DNA of 24,000 nucleotides from Hyphomicrobiaceae bacterium (GTDB lineage Bacteria; Pseudomonadota; Alphaproteobacteria; Rhizobiales; Hyphomicrobiaceae): assembly GCA_050250815.1 (NCBI GenBank), contig JBFWNY010000009.1:1-24000 (forward strand), read 5' to 3'. Position 1 is the stretch's first letter; every line of letters starts with the position of its first letter. Of the stretch, positions 8,387 to 17,377 are shown piece by piece. The translations under genes were made by a program, and so were the position numbers. The notes beneath the pieces were generated by a model that worked only from the letters and a program-made list of their open reading frames with translations, searched no databases and was not told the origin of the DNA.

Positions 8387-8974
8387 TCAAATTCTCCGGC
8401 AAGCCTTGGGGCCCGACGGCGTCAGCACCCAATCCAGGCGCTCGTCATAGTCGGAATGGGGAACGGCGTCGACCTGCAGCTCGTCATACGCGATACCTAT
8501 CGTGACAACGGGCTTGACCGCTCGAATCTGAGCGATCGTCCGATCATAGAAACCGCCGCCGTAGCCCAGGCGCATGCCGGAGGCGTCGAATGCCAGCAGC
8601 GGCACCAGCATCACGTCGGGCAGAACCTCGGGGGCGGTGGGCAGCGGCTCGCGGATGCCCCATTTGACCTCTTGCAGAGCCTCGCCATCGCGCCACGCGC
8701 GAAACACGAGCGGCCTCGCCTTGCCGACCATCACCGGCAGGCCGACCTGGTGGCCCCGGGCCCACAGTCGGCGCATCAGCGGCAAAGGGTCGATCTCCTC
8801 CCCGATGGGCAGAAAGGCCGAGACAGAGGCTTGCTGCGGAGCCTGGCCTGCGAAATCGATCCCGTGGGCCGCGAGCAAGACGCCGGCGGAGGCTCCGTGG
8901 CGCAAATGAGCCGCGCTCCGCTTTGCTATTGCAGCGGTTCTCAGGTCCTTCTTGCGGAGCAGTACGTCGTCCAT
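8387..8974 (-). CDS. ygfA: 5-formyltetrahydrofolate cyclo-ligase (MTHFS)
   Basis: Translation has LVPLLAFDASGMRLGYGGGFYDR, the signature of the 5-FTHF cyclo-ligase family. Start chosen at ATG 8974 (MDDVLLRKKDLR...), giving a typical length of about 195 aa. Located downstream of zapA and the 6S RNA, as in the known zapA-ssrS-ygfA arrangement. Confidence 0.85.
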   Translation of the reverse strand: MDDVLLRKKDLRTAAIAKRSAAHLRHGASAGVLLAAHGIDFAGQAPQQASVSAFLPIGEEIDPLPLMRRLWARGHQVGLPVMVGKARPLVFRAWRDGEALQEVKWGIREPLPTAPEVLPDVMLVPLLAFDASGMRLGYGGGFYDRTIAQIRAVKPVVTIGIAYDELQVDAVPHSDYDERLDWVLTPSGPKACRRI

Positions 8975-9124
8975 GCCACCATCCAAAAGCGCATGACGCG
9001 CAGTCGGGCCGGCGCTCACACGCGCCTTCAGCCGTTCTGAGAGCCGATTTGAGCAGATTGGGGGCCTCAGCTCGAGCGCCGAGATCGAAGACAAGTGCCG
9101 CGGTGGCCGTCGGAGCAGTTTTGA

Positions 9125-9312
9125 TCTCGCCGGGTCCCTACAAAAGTAAGGTGGGCGCCATGTGTCCGGGACCACGGTCCCGGACAGGGACAGCTCCCTG
9201 GCTGATCTTATAGGCCCTGGAGATATGGTGCTCCTAACGCACCCCGCAGCGCCATGAATTTAGGGAGTCGCGCAGCGGAAATCCATGGGCACACTGAGAC
9301 CTCGGATTGATT
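9125..9312 (-). ncRNA. ssrS: 6S RNA (ssrS); ends approximate
   Basis: About 385 nt of non-coding gap lies between zapA and the cyclo-ligase gene, the conserved position of ssrS. By hand alignment, the minus-strand 5' arm (ATCCGAGGTCTCAGTGTGCCCATGG, about 9307-9283) pairs, with bulges and G-U wobbles, to the 3' arm (CATGGCGCCCAC..CTTACT..GGGACCCGGCGAGAT, about 9162-9124). This forms a long interrupted closing helix around a central region with internal hairpins (for example gtccgggaccgtggtcccggac), which is the 6S-like rod architecture. Confidence 0.6.
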
Positions 9313-9358
9313 TTCACCGAAATGGTGCATGGGCCATCGCGTGGCGCCTTAAGGCAAC

Positions 9359-9682
9359 TCAGGCCGACTTGGCCTGTTCGGAGCCGCCACCTGCCGGCTT
9401 TGCCGTATCATCCGTTGCCGGCGGCTCGGTTAGTTGCCGTAGCATCTCGGTTGCTTCCTCGATCTGGACCTCGAGCGCCTGTCGCGTATCCCAAAGCTCG
9501 TCGGCGATCAGCAACGAGGCCATCAGCAGCAGACGCTCGTCGCCGACCTGCCCGAATTCGAGCGTCAGTCGCTCCACCCGCTCCTTGACGTGCGCGGCTA
9601 GCTCGATAAGGCGCGACTCGTCACCGTCCTCGCAGGCGAGGCGGTACGTGCGGTTGTTGAGCGTGACCGAAACCTGCTTCAT
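9359..9682 (-). CDS. zapA: Cell division protein ZapA
   Basis: MKQVSVTLNNRTYRLACEDGDESRLIELAAHVKERV...LLLMASLLIADEL matches the ZapA family pattern (V-x-I-x-G-R-x-Y-x-l-x-C, then a coiled coil). Start at ATG 9682. Confidence 0.85.
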   Translation of the reverse strand: MKQVSVTLNNRTYRLACEDGDESRLIELAAHVKERVERLTLEFGQVGDERLLLMASLLIADELWDTRQALEVQIEEATEMLRQLTEPPATDDTAKPAGGGSEQAKSA

Positions 9683-9753
9683 GCCTGAAGCCCATACCCC
9701 CCTGGGCCAACGCATCGCGTGGCCAAACCGCGCACGCCCCCCGGCGCGGCAAG

Positions 9754-10023
9754 CTAACCCTCGTCATCCATGAGGTTATGAAGGGAGTCGATCACCCAAT
9801 CAATTCGGTTGACCACCAGTTCTTGGCGTTTGCGCAGGCGGGCGACCTCGGCTTCGGAGGCTGCGAGCGCGGCACGCAGCGCCGCACATTCGGCCTCGAG
9901 CGCGGTTTGGGCTGGATTCCCGCCCGCGGTGGATCCGCCGCTCTTGCCCGCGCGAGCCCTACCGCCGGCCCGAGCGCCGCCGCTCCCGGTCTTGCCGGAT
10001 TTCGCACCTGAGGCCATCCACAT
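9754..10023 (-). CDS. Small coiled-coil protein upstream of zapA (DUF4164-like)
   Basis: Gly/Ala/Lys-rich N-terminus followed by an amphipathic helix LEAECAALRAALAASEAEVARLRKRQELVVNRIDWVIDSL. Its position immediately upstream of zapA is as seen for DUF4164 proteins in Alphaproteobacteria. The start is ambiguous (ATG 10023 or 10017; the track ORF starts at 10083). Confidence 0.55.
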   Translation of the reverse strand: MWMASGAKSGKTGSGGARAGGRARAGKSGGSTAGGNPAQTALEAECAALRAALAASEAEVARLRKRQELVVNRIDWVIDSLHNLMDDEG

Positions 10024-10185
10024 CCGCCCGCAATCAAACTTCGGCGGCGCAGGGCGCGCCGCCTTGCCTCCCGCTTTGACCATAGGAGCGCTGCGCGCAG
10101 GCCGTCAATCGTGACAAGGACGCGGGCAGGCGTGGGCGGGCGCCGCGTGCGACTTTCCGCCGGTCACACCGGCTCCGGTGGCGCA

Positions 10186-10214
10186 TTGACAGACCCCCAT
10201 GCGGCCAACTTAAT
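10186..10214 (+). promoter_or_regulatory. Candidate sigma-70-type promoter of gap
   Basis: TTGACA (10186-10191), 17-nt spacer, then CTTAAT (10209-10214), about 110 nt upstream of the gap ATG. Sequence match only. Confidence 0.35.
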
Positions 10215-10324
10215 GGCGCGGCCCGATGCGGGCCCGCGAGAAAAAAACAGCGTTCGAGACCGCGAGCGCACGATATTCCCCAAGCGCCGCTCTCAGCTGA
10301 ACCCATCCTGGAGGACGACAGACT

Positions 10325-11332
10325 ATGGCAGTGAAGGTCGCAATCAACGGCTTCGGGCGCATCGGCCGCAATGTTCTGAGGGCCATCGTCGAGAGCGGCC
10401 GCACGGACATCCAGGTGGTGGCCATCAACGACCTCGGCCCGGTGGAGACGAACGCGCACCTCATGCGCTTCGACTCCGTGCACGGCAGGTTTCCCGGCAA
10501 GGTGACGGTCTCCGGCGACACCATCGATGTCGGCACGGGGCCCATCAAGGTCACGGCGATCAAGAACCCCGCCGAGCTGCCGCACAAGGAGCTGGGTGTC
10601 GATGTCGCGATGGAATGCACCGGCATCTTCACCTCGAAAGAGAAGGCGATGGCGCACATCCAGGCAGGCGCCAAGCGCGTGCTGGTGTCGGCGCCCTCCG
10701 ACGGCGCTGACTTGACGGTGGTCTACGGTGTCAATCACGACAAGCTGACGAAGGAGCATCTGGTCGTCTCCAACGCATCGTGTACGACCAACTGCCTCGC
10801 TCCTGTCGCCAAGGTGCTCAACGACCTCGTCGGCATCGACAAGGGCTTCATGACCACGATCCACTCGTACACGGGCGATCAGCCCACGCTCGACACCATG
10901 CACAAGGACCTCTATCGCGGACGCGCGGCGGCCATGAGCATGATCCCGACCTCGACCGGCGCGGCCAAGGCCGTCGGCCTCGTGCTGCCCGAGCTGAACG
11001 GCAAGCTCGACGGCACGGCGATCCGCGTGCCCACGCCCAACGTCTCGGTCGTCGACTTCAAGTTCCTCGCCAAGCGTGAGACGTCGAAGGACGAGATCAA
11101 CGCTGCGATCAAGCAGGCGGCGGCCCAGCAGTTGAAGGGCGTGCTCGGCTTCACCGAACAGCCCAACGTGTCGATGGACTTCAACCACGACAGCCATTCC
11201 TCGGTCTTCCACATCGACCAGACCAAGGTGATGGATGGCAACCTCGTGCGCGTGCTGTCCTGGTACGACAACGAGTGGGGCTTCTCCAACCGCATGAGCG
11301 ACACGGCCGTTGCCTTGGCCAAGGTCATGTGA
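10325..11332 (+). CDS. gap: Type I glyceraldehyde-3-phosphate dehydrogenase
   Basis: [21 protein letters not shown]-terminus, active-site [12 protein letters not shown], and [11 protein letters not shown] near the C-terminus. GGAGGA SD upstream. Confidence 0.97.
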   Translation: MAVKVAINGFGRIGRNVLRAIVESGRTDIQVVAINDLGPVETNAHLMRFDSVHGRFPGKVTVSGDTIDVGTGPIKVTAIKNPAELPHKELGVDVAMECTGIFTSKEKAMAHIQAGAKRVLVSAPSDGADLTVVYGVNHDKLTKEHLVVSNASCTTNCLAPVAKVLNDLVGIDKGFMTTIHSYTGDQPTLDTMHKDLYRGRAAAMSMIPTSTGAAKAVGLVLPELNGKLDGTAIRVPTPNVSVVDFKFLAKRETSKDEINAAIKQAAAQQLKGVLGFTEQPNVSMDFNHDSHSSVFHIDQTKVMDGNLVRVLSWYDNEWGFSNRMSDTAVALAKVM

Positions 11333-11371
11333 GCAGCAGGCCACGTCAAAGTGGCCATCGCGATCGTAAAC

Positions 11372-11410
11372 AGCGGCGGCGGGCTTCACGGTCCGTCGCC
11401 GCTTTCTTTT
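11372..11410 (+). terminator. Rho-independent terminator after gap
   Basis: Stem agcggcggcgg / ccgtcgccgct (one mismatch) with a 10-nt loop, followed by ttctttt. Confidence 0.65.
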
Positions 11411-11485
11411 GGCGAAGCAGCAATGATGCGATTACCATCCGCCGACGTTGCGCCGTCCGTATTCTTGCCCGGAGAACATTGAGCC

Positions 11486-11974
11486 ATGCCCTCGCCCGAG
11501 CAGACCGGTAAGCGTGTCAGCGACGCCGTGCAGCGCGTGGCCCAGCCACTGGGTCATTTCCTGACCGAAACGTTCCACCTGATCGGGCTGTTCGCGATCG
11601 GAGCCGCCACAGTTTGGGCCGGCGTGCACTTCTTCGTCGAATTGATGGCCAAGGGCCACGCCTCGATCGAGGATCTGCTGCTGCTGTTCATCTATCTGGA
11701 AATCGGCTCGATGGTCGGCATCTACTTCAAGACCAACCACATGCCATTGCGCTTCCTAATCTATATCGCGATCACGGCGCTGACCCGCCACCTTATCGGC
11801 TGGGTGAACCACGAGCCCAAGCCCGACATGGGCGTCATCATACTGTCCGGCGCGATCCTGATCCTGGCGCTTGCCGTGCTGGTGATCCGCTACTCCTCGC
11901 ACGCCTATCCCGCCGGCCCCACAACGCCCGATCGCGGCGACCTCACCGACACTGACCCTGGGGCCAGAGGCTGA
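11486..11974 (+). CDS. PsiE-family (phosphate-starvation-inducible E-like) inner-membrane protein
   Basis: 162-aa protein with about 4 TM segments. The pattern FHLIGLFAIG..., LLLLFIYLEIGSMVGIYFKTNHMPLRFLIYIAITALTRHLI matches what I recall of the PsiE family core. GGAGAA SD 9 nt upstream. Confidence 0.7.
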   Translation: MPSPEQTGKRVSDAVQRVAQPLGHFLTETFHLIGLFAIGAATVWAGVHFFVELMAKGHASIEDLLLLFIYLEIGSMVGIYFKTNHMPLRFLIYIAITALTRHLIGWVNHEPKPDMGVIILSGAILILALAVLVIRYSSHAYPAGPTTPDRGDLTDTDPGARG

Positions 11975-12125
11975 CAGCGCGGACGGGCCGAGCCCGCGCG
12001 CCACACCATCCACCGCGATCTTCACGTTCCGGCAAAGCTCAGACCATCGACCGCTGGTTTTCGCGTTGTATCTGCGCTATCCGGCCGGTGCCGATAGCCT
12101 TCAAACAACAACATGCGAGGAACTC

Positions 12126-13160
12126 ATGCCTGAGACGCTCGAGGACATTGCCGCTGCCATGGTCGCTCCCGGCAAGGGCATTCTGGCCGCCGACGAGAGC
12201 ACCGGAACCATCAAGAAGCGGTTCGACAAGATCAATCTGGCCTCCACCGAGGATAACCGTCGCGACTATCGCGAGATGCTGTTCCGCTCCGACTCGGCAA
12301 TGAAGGAGCACATCTCCGGCGTCATCCTGTTCGACGAGACACTGCGGCAGAAGGCCAAGGACGGCACGCCGCTCACCCAGATCATCCGAGCCGCGGGTTC
12401 CATTCCCGGCATCAAGGTCGACGCGGGCGCCAAGTCTCTGGCCGGCCCGACGGCGGCGGTCGAGACCGTGACCGAGGGCCTCGACGGGCTGCGCGAGCGG
12501 CTTGCCGAGTACCACAAGCTTGGGGCCCGGTTCGCCAAGTGGCGCGCCGTCATCGCCATTGCCAATGGCTGCCCGACGTGGAACTGCGTCAAGGCCAATG
12601 CCCACGCACTCGCCCGTTACGCGGCGCTCTGCCAGGAGGCGGGCATCGTGCCGATCGTCGAACCGGAGGTACTGATGGACGGCGCGCACTCCGCGCACGA
12701 CATCGACGAGTGCGACCGCGTAACGGAGTGGACGCTGCGCACGGTGTTTCGCGAGCTATACGACGCGCGCGTAAAGCTCGAGGGCATGGTGCTGAAGCCC
12801 AACATGGTGATCGCAGGTCAGAAGTGCGCCAAGCAGGCCTCCGCCCAAGAGGTCGCCGAAAAGACCGTCCGGTGCCTCAAGGCGACCGTTCCCTCGGCCG
12901 TGCCTGGCATCGCCTTCCTGTCCGGCGGGCAGTCCGACGAAGCCGCGACCGAGCACCTCTCGCTCATGAACGCGATCGGCGGCCTGCCATGGAACCTGAC
13001 CTTCTCCTACGGCCGCGCCTTGCAGGCGGCAGCGCTGTCGGCCTGGGGCGGCAAGCCGGAGAACGTGGCCGCGGCTCAGCGCGCCTTCTCGCACCGCGCG
13101 CGCATGAACGGCCTTGCCGCCATGGGCAAGTGGAGCGGGAAGCTCGAGAAGGCCGCCTGA
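12126..13160 (+). CDS. fba: Class I fructose-bisphosphate aldolase
   Basis: GKGILAADESTGTIKKRF, LFDETL, PGIKVD, the Schiff-base lysine context VLKPNMV, and LSGGQS are all hallmarks of class I (muscle-type) FBA. Start at ATG 12126 after GAGGA. Confidence 0.93.
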   Translation: MPETLEDIAAAMVAPGKGILAADESTGTIKKRFDKINLASTEDNRRDYREMLFRSDSAMKEHISGVILFDETLRQKAKDGTPLTQIIRAAGSIPGIKVDAGAKSLAGPTAAVETVTEGLDGLRERLAEYHKLGARFAKWRAVIAIANGCPTWNCVKANAHALARYAALCQEAGIVPIVEPEVLMDGAHSAHDIDECDRVTEWTLRTVFRELYDARVKLEGMVLKPNMVIAGQKCAKQASAQEVAEKTVRCLKATVPSAVPGIAFLSGGQSDEAATEHLSLMNAIGGLPWNLTFSYGRALQAAALSAWGGKPENVAAAQRAFSHRARMNGLAAMGKWSGKLEKAA

Positions 13161-13197
13161 ACGGCGGCCTGACCTGCCACGATCGGCCGACACGCTT

Positions 13198-13227
13198 GAA
13201 GCCGGGGCGGATGCTCCGGCTTCTTCG
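13198..13227 (+). terminator. Possible weak terminator after fba
   Basis: Stem gaagccgg / ccggcttc with a 10-nt loop, followed only by ttcgc (poor U-tract). Confidence 0.35.
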
Positions 13228-13331
13228 CATGGGCATGAGCTTCCGCGATCGGCTGGTGCCGCTTTTCGGCCCCAATCGACCCCGATAGCCTGCCCCTCAT
13301 CCGAAACCATCCTCGCGAACGTGCAGGCGTT

Positions 13332-13985
13332 ATGACCGGCGAAGTTGGCCGAACCCGTCTCTATCTCGTCATCGAGCCCGGACCGGCCGCCTCGGACCGG
13401 CTGTCCGCCGCGCTTGCCGCTGCAGCAGGCGAGATCGCCTCGCTGCTGATCGTCCCACAGGCCGCACGGCCACTCGATCTGGCCGCCATCGTACCGCTGG
13501 TCACCGCCGCGCAGGCGCACGAGGTCGCGGTGCTGATTGCCGATGACGCGGCCCTTGCCCGCGAGGCGGGCGCCGACGGCGTCCACATGCGGACGGGAGA
13601 GGGAAGCGTCGAGCGGGCTCGGCAAGCGCGCCGCCTGCTCGGCCCCGACATGATCGTGGGACTGGATGCCGGGCGCTCCAGGCACGACGCGATGAGCGCG
13701 GGCGAGGACGGCGCCGACTACGTGGCCTTCGGCATCCCCGCCTTCGTCGGCGACCGGGAGACGGCGGCAGAGCGCCGCCTCGACCTGTGCCGCTGGTGGG
13801 CTGAGGTGTTCGAGCCGCCGTGCGTGGCCTTCGACGTCACCACGGCCGACGATGCGGCCAGCCTCGCCGAGGCCGGAGCCGATTTCGTCGCCTTCGACCT
13901 TGGTGAAGCTCTGAGCGCCGCCGACATCGCCGCCCGCGTGCGCGCGTTCGCAAGCGCGGTGGGACACCGGGCGGAGGCGCTATGA
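13332..13985 (+). CDS. Thiamine-phosphate synthase (ThiE)-like TIM-barrel protein
   Basis: RLYLVIEP..., LLIADDAALAREAGADGVHM..., GADYVAFG... resemble the ThiE/TenI family strand-loop motifs. The similarity is only moderate by eye, so catalytic competence is not established. Confidence 0.65.
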   Translation: MTGEVGRTRLYLVIEPGPAASDRLSAALAAAAGEIASLLIVPQAARPLDLAAIVPLVTAAQAHEVAVLIADDAALAREAGADGVHMRTGEGSVERARQARRLLGPDMIVGLDAGRSRHDAMSAGEDGADYVAFGIPAFVGDRETAAERRLDLCRWWAEVFEPPCVAFDVTTADDAASLAEAGADFVAFDLGEALSAADIAARVRAFASAVGHRAEAL

Positions 13986-15109
13986 GGCCCTGCCGATCGT
14001 CGCATCGCGTACAGTTGGCCGTTCTGTCTGTGGCCATCGCTCTGTCCGCCGCCGCAGCGACCGCCTCACACGCCGAGACGAGTTCCTGGGTGCATCGGGA
14101 GCCCACAACCACCGAGACGCCGTCTGCACGGCCCAAGCCGGGGCCACGCCGCGCCGAGGCCAAGCCGTCCGCCGGGCCGGACCTCCTTGGCCCAAACTCC
14201 TCGGCGCATAGCAAGGGGTTCGATACCAGGCCACTCCCCAAGCCCGCGACAACGCCCCCGCCAGAGAAGGACGACCCGTTTCTGGCCTTCGACCAGGGCC
14301 GTTACCTGACCGCACTCAAGCTCGCCGAGGATCGCGCCAAGACGGGTGACGTCAGGGCGCACACCCTTGTCGCGCGTATCCATGCGGAGGGCCTGGGAGT
14401 GACCAAGAACGATGCGCTGGCGGCGAGCTGGTACAAGCGCGCGGCGGAGTTGGGCGACGTCGATGCGCAGTTTGCTTATGGCGTCATTCTGGCCGAGGGG
14501 CGTGGCGTCCAAAAGGACCGCGCCGGAGCTGCCGATATGTTCGAGCGCGCAGCCCGGACCGGACATGCCGCGGCCAACTACAATCTGGGCGTGCTGTTTC
14601 TCAAGGGCGACGGCAAGCCCGAGAATCCGGTGCGTGCCGCCCAGCACATCGCCTATGCCGCCGAGAAGGGCGTTGCGCAGGCTCAGTACGATCTTGCGGG
14701 TCTGTACCAGCAGGGCGTCGGCGTGCCGCACGATGCGGTCGAGACCTCGCGCTGGCTGAAGGCCGCGGCGGAGCAAGGCATGCCTGCGGCGCAGTACGAG
14801 TACGCGGTGCTTCTGCTCAAGGGTCTCGGCCTGCGCGCCGACGAGCCGCGCGCCGTCGACTACATGAAGGCGGCGGCCGACAAGGGCATTCCAGGCGCGC
14901 AGAACCGTCTCGCACACATCTATCGCGAGGGTATCGGCGTCGACCCAAGCCGTACGGAGGCCGCCAAGTGGCGCCTCATCTCCAAGGCCAGCGGTTTCGG
15001 CGACGACAAGGTGCTCGACGACCTCTTGCAGGCGTTGTCGGAGACGGAGCGGGCACAGGCCGAAGTGGCGGCGGTGCAATGGCAGCGGCGGCAGATGGCG
15101 CCGTTCTGA
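13982..15109 (+). CDS. Sel1-repeat (TPR-like) exported protein
   Basis: Signal-peptide-like N-terminus LAVLSVAIALSAAAATASHA and a Pro-rich linker, followed by about 6-7 Sel1 repeats (A..WY.kAAe.G...Aq..LG.ly..G.Gv..d). The start ATG overlaps the thiE-like stop (ATGA at 13982-13985). Confidence 0.85.
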   Translation: MRPCRSSHRVQLAVLSVAIALSAAAATASHAETSSWVHREPTTTETPSARPKPGPRRAEAKPSAGPDLLGPNSSAHSKGFDTRPLPKPATTPPPEKDDPFLAFDQGRYLTALKLAEDRAKTGDVRAHTLVARIHAEGLGVTKNDALAASWYKRAAELGDVDAQFAYGVILAEGRGVQKDRAGAADMFERAARTGHAAANYNLGVLFLKGDGKPENPVRAAQHIAYAAEKGVAQAQYDLAGLYQQGVGVPHDAVETSRWLKAAAEQGMPAAQYEYAVLLLKGLGLRADEPRAVDYMKAAADKGIPGAQNRLAHIYREGIGVDPSRTEAAKWRLISKASGFGDDKVLDDLLQALSETERAQAEVAAVQWQRRQMAPF

Positions 15110-15266
15110 GGCCGAACGCCGTGCGCGGCGGGCAATGGCGAACTCATTTGCTCATCGGCGCCGCGCGACACCGGCCCGCCTTGCCTCCGACGGTCGATCG
15201 GAGTAGTGCAGCCCGGCCCACCGGCGACAGCGCCAGGGCTATCCCAGCCCGCGAGCGAACGAAACG

Positions 15267-16070
15267 ATGCCAGCCTCCGCCCTCATGAACGTCATGGTCG
15301 CCGCCGCCCGCAAGGCCGGCCGCAGCCTCGCCCGCGATTTCGGCGAGGTCGAACATCTGCAGGTTTCGGTGAAGGGTCCGGCCAACTTCGTCTCCGCCGC
15401 CGATCTGCGCGCCGAGGAGATCATCTATCGCGAGCTGTCGAAGGCCCGTCCCGACTACGGCTTCCTGATGGAAGAGCGCGGCACGGTCGACGGCGCAGAC
15501 AAGTCGCACCGCTGGATCGTCGATCCGCTCGACGGCACCACCAACTTCCTGCACTCGATCCCGCTGTTTTGCATCTCGATCGGCCTCGAACGCGAGGGGC
15601 AGCTCGTCGCGGGCCTCATCTATAATCCCATTTCGGACGAGATGTTCGCGGCCGAGCGCGGCAAGGGCGCCTACCTCAACGACAACCGCCGCCTGCGGGT
15701 GGCGGCCCGCAAACAGGTAGCCGACGCGGTGGTCACCACCGGCATCCCGCATCGCGGCCGAGCAGGCCACGACCGCTTCCTGCGCGACATGGAAGTCCTG
15801 ATGCGCGAGGTAGCGGGCATCCGCCGAACCGGCTCGGCCGCGCTCGATCTTGCCTGGACCGCTGCGGGCCGCTTCGACGCCTACTGCGAGCGTGGGATCC
15901 AGGCCTGGGATATGGCCGCAGGCATCGTCATTATGCGCGAGGCAGGTGGCATCGCCACCGACCTGTCGGGCGGCGACCAGATGCTGGCCAAGGGCGAGGT
16001 GATCGCGGGAAATCTCGCCATCCACAAGGGCCTGCTGCCACTGATCGGCGATGCTGCGGAGACCGCCTAA
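15267..16070 (+). CDS. suhB: Inositol monophosphatase family protein (SuhB-like)
   Basis: LNVMVAAARKAGR..., EE (metal site), WIVDPLDGTTNFLH, and WDMAAG motifs are diagnostic for the IMPase/SuhB family. Confidence 0.9.
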   Translation: MPASALMNVMVAAARKAGRSLARDFGEVEHLQVSVKGPANFVSAADLRAEEIIYRELSKARPDYGFLMEERGTVDGADKSHRWIVDPLDGTTNFLHSIPLFCISIGLEREGQLVAGLIYNPISDEMFAAERGKGAYLNDNRRLRVAARKQVADAVVTTGIPHRGRAGHDRFLRDMEVLMREVAGIRRTGSAALDLAWTAAGRFDAYCERGIQAWDMAAGIVIMREAGGIATDLSGGDQMLAKGEVIAGNLAIHKGLLPLIGDAAETA

Positions 16071-16318
16071 CGGGCCGGACGCCCTGCTGTGGCCCCAAAG
16101 ACGACTAGTGTGATGATCGGGAAGTCCGCTGAGTTTCGCGATCACGACACGGGTGTTGCTTTACGACGCCCAGGCCTTGCGGGTTTTGCGCGACACGCGC
16201 CTGGGATAGTGTGCGGCGCGGCCCGCCGGAGCGCACCCTTGGGACCGGAAACAACGGGGACCCGCAGGGTGAGCCTCCGGAGCGGCGGCTGCGGCAAGGG
16301 TCGGCGAGAGGCTAACGC

Positions 16319-17374
16319 ATGGCACGCAAACGAGCAGGCGCCGCGGACGTCGGCCACCGGCAACTGACCCCGCCGGGACTGTTCCTCATCCGTATGCTCA
16401 TCTTCCTGACGCTCGTCGGCTTCATCGCCGCCATCCTGCACGAGCGGCTGCTCGTCGCCATCAAGACCAATCCAGGCCTCAATGGCCTCATCGTCGCCGT
16501 CCTGCTGTTCGGCGTCATGTACGCCTTCCGGCAGGTGATCCGCCTCTATCCCGAAATCCGCTGGGTCAACGACTTCCGCATAGCCGACCCCGGCATCGCC
16601 ATGTCGCACAAGCCGCGACTGCTGCTGCCCATGGCGACCATGCTGCGCGATCGCACGGGTTCGATCTCGCTGTCGACGGCCTCGATGTCCTCGATCATGG
16701 ACTCGCTCAGCGCGCGCCTCGACGAAGCCCGCGACACCGGACGCTATCTGGTGGGGCTGCTAGTCTTCCTCGGTCTGCTCGGCACGTTCTGGGGGCTGCT
16801 GGAGACGATCCAGTCGGTCGGCGGCGTGATCGGCGCCATCGATACGCGCTCGGGCGATACGGTGACGCTGTTCGACGACCTGAAGAATGGCCTCGCCGCG
16901 CCGCTCAAGGGCATGGGCACGGCCTTCTCCTCGTCCCTGCTCGGTCTTTCGGGCTCGCTCGTTCTGGGCTTTCTGGAACTGCAGGCGACGCACGCCCACA
17001 ACCGCTTCTACAACGAACTGGAAGAGTGGCTGTCCAATATCACCGAGCTGACGCCGGGCACATCGGGCTCGGCCGAGGTGGTCAACCGGCAGCTTGCGGC
17101 CACGCTGTACGACATGCAGCGCGTGCTCGAGGAACTCAACATCCGCCTGGGCGAACCGGGTGGCGGTGCCCTCTCCCAGGGCGGTGGCACGGCCGGAGCG
17201 GAAGCCCAGAAGGAGGTGCGGCAACTCGCACAGGGCGTGAACCAGCTCGTCAGCCAAATGCGCAACGAGCAGCAGATCGTTCGCGAGTGGGTCGACGAGC
17301 AGGCCGCGCAGCAGTCGGAGGTCGCGCACGTGCTCAAAGAGCTGGCGCAGTCGCTCGATCGCCGGGGAGCCTGA
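16319..17374 (+). CDS. MotA/TolQ/ExbB-family proton-channel subunit with extended C-terminal helical tail
   Basis: Four predicted TM segments. FLGLLGTFWGLLETI matches the family GLLGTV.G signature, and KGMGTAFSSSLLGLSGSLVLGF matches the last-TM signature. A tail of about 125 aa after the last TM contains heptad-like helices split by a Gly-rich linker (GGGALSQGGGTAG). GAGAGG SD 7 nt upstream. Confidence 0.8.
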   Translation: MARKRAGAADVGHRQLTPPGLFLIRMLIFLTLVGFIAAILHERLLVAIKTNPGLNGLIVAVLLFGVMYAFRQVIRLYPEIRWVNDFRIADPGIAMSHKPRLLLPMATMLRDRTGSISLSTASMSSIMDSLSARLDEARDTGRYLVGLLVFLGLLGTFWGLLETIQSVGGVIGAIDTRSGDTVTLFDDLKNGLAAPLKGMGTAFSSSLLGLSGSLVLGFLELQATHAHNRFYNELEEWLSNITELTPGTSGSAEVVNRQLAATLYDMQRVLEELNIRLGEPGGGALSQGGGTAGAEAQKEVRQLAQGVNQLVSQMRNEQQIVREWVDEQAAQQSEVAHVLKELAQSLDRRGA

Positions 17375-17377
17375 TCC

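Noticed and set aside
8975-9175. N-terminal extension of the cyclo-ligase ORF up to 9175
   Set aside because: It would add about 67 non-homologous residues and run into the predicted 6S RNA. ATG 8974 gives the typical family length.
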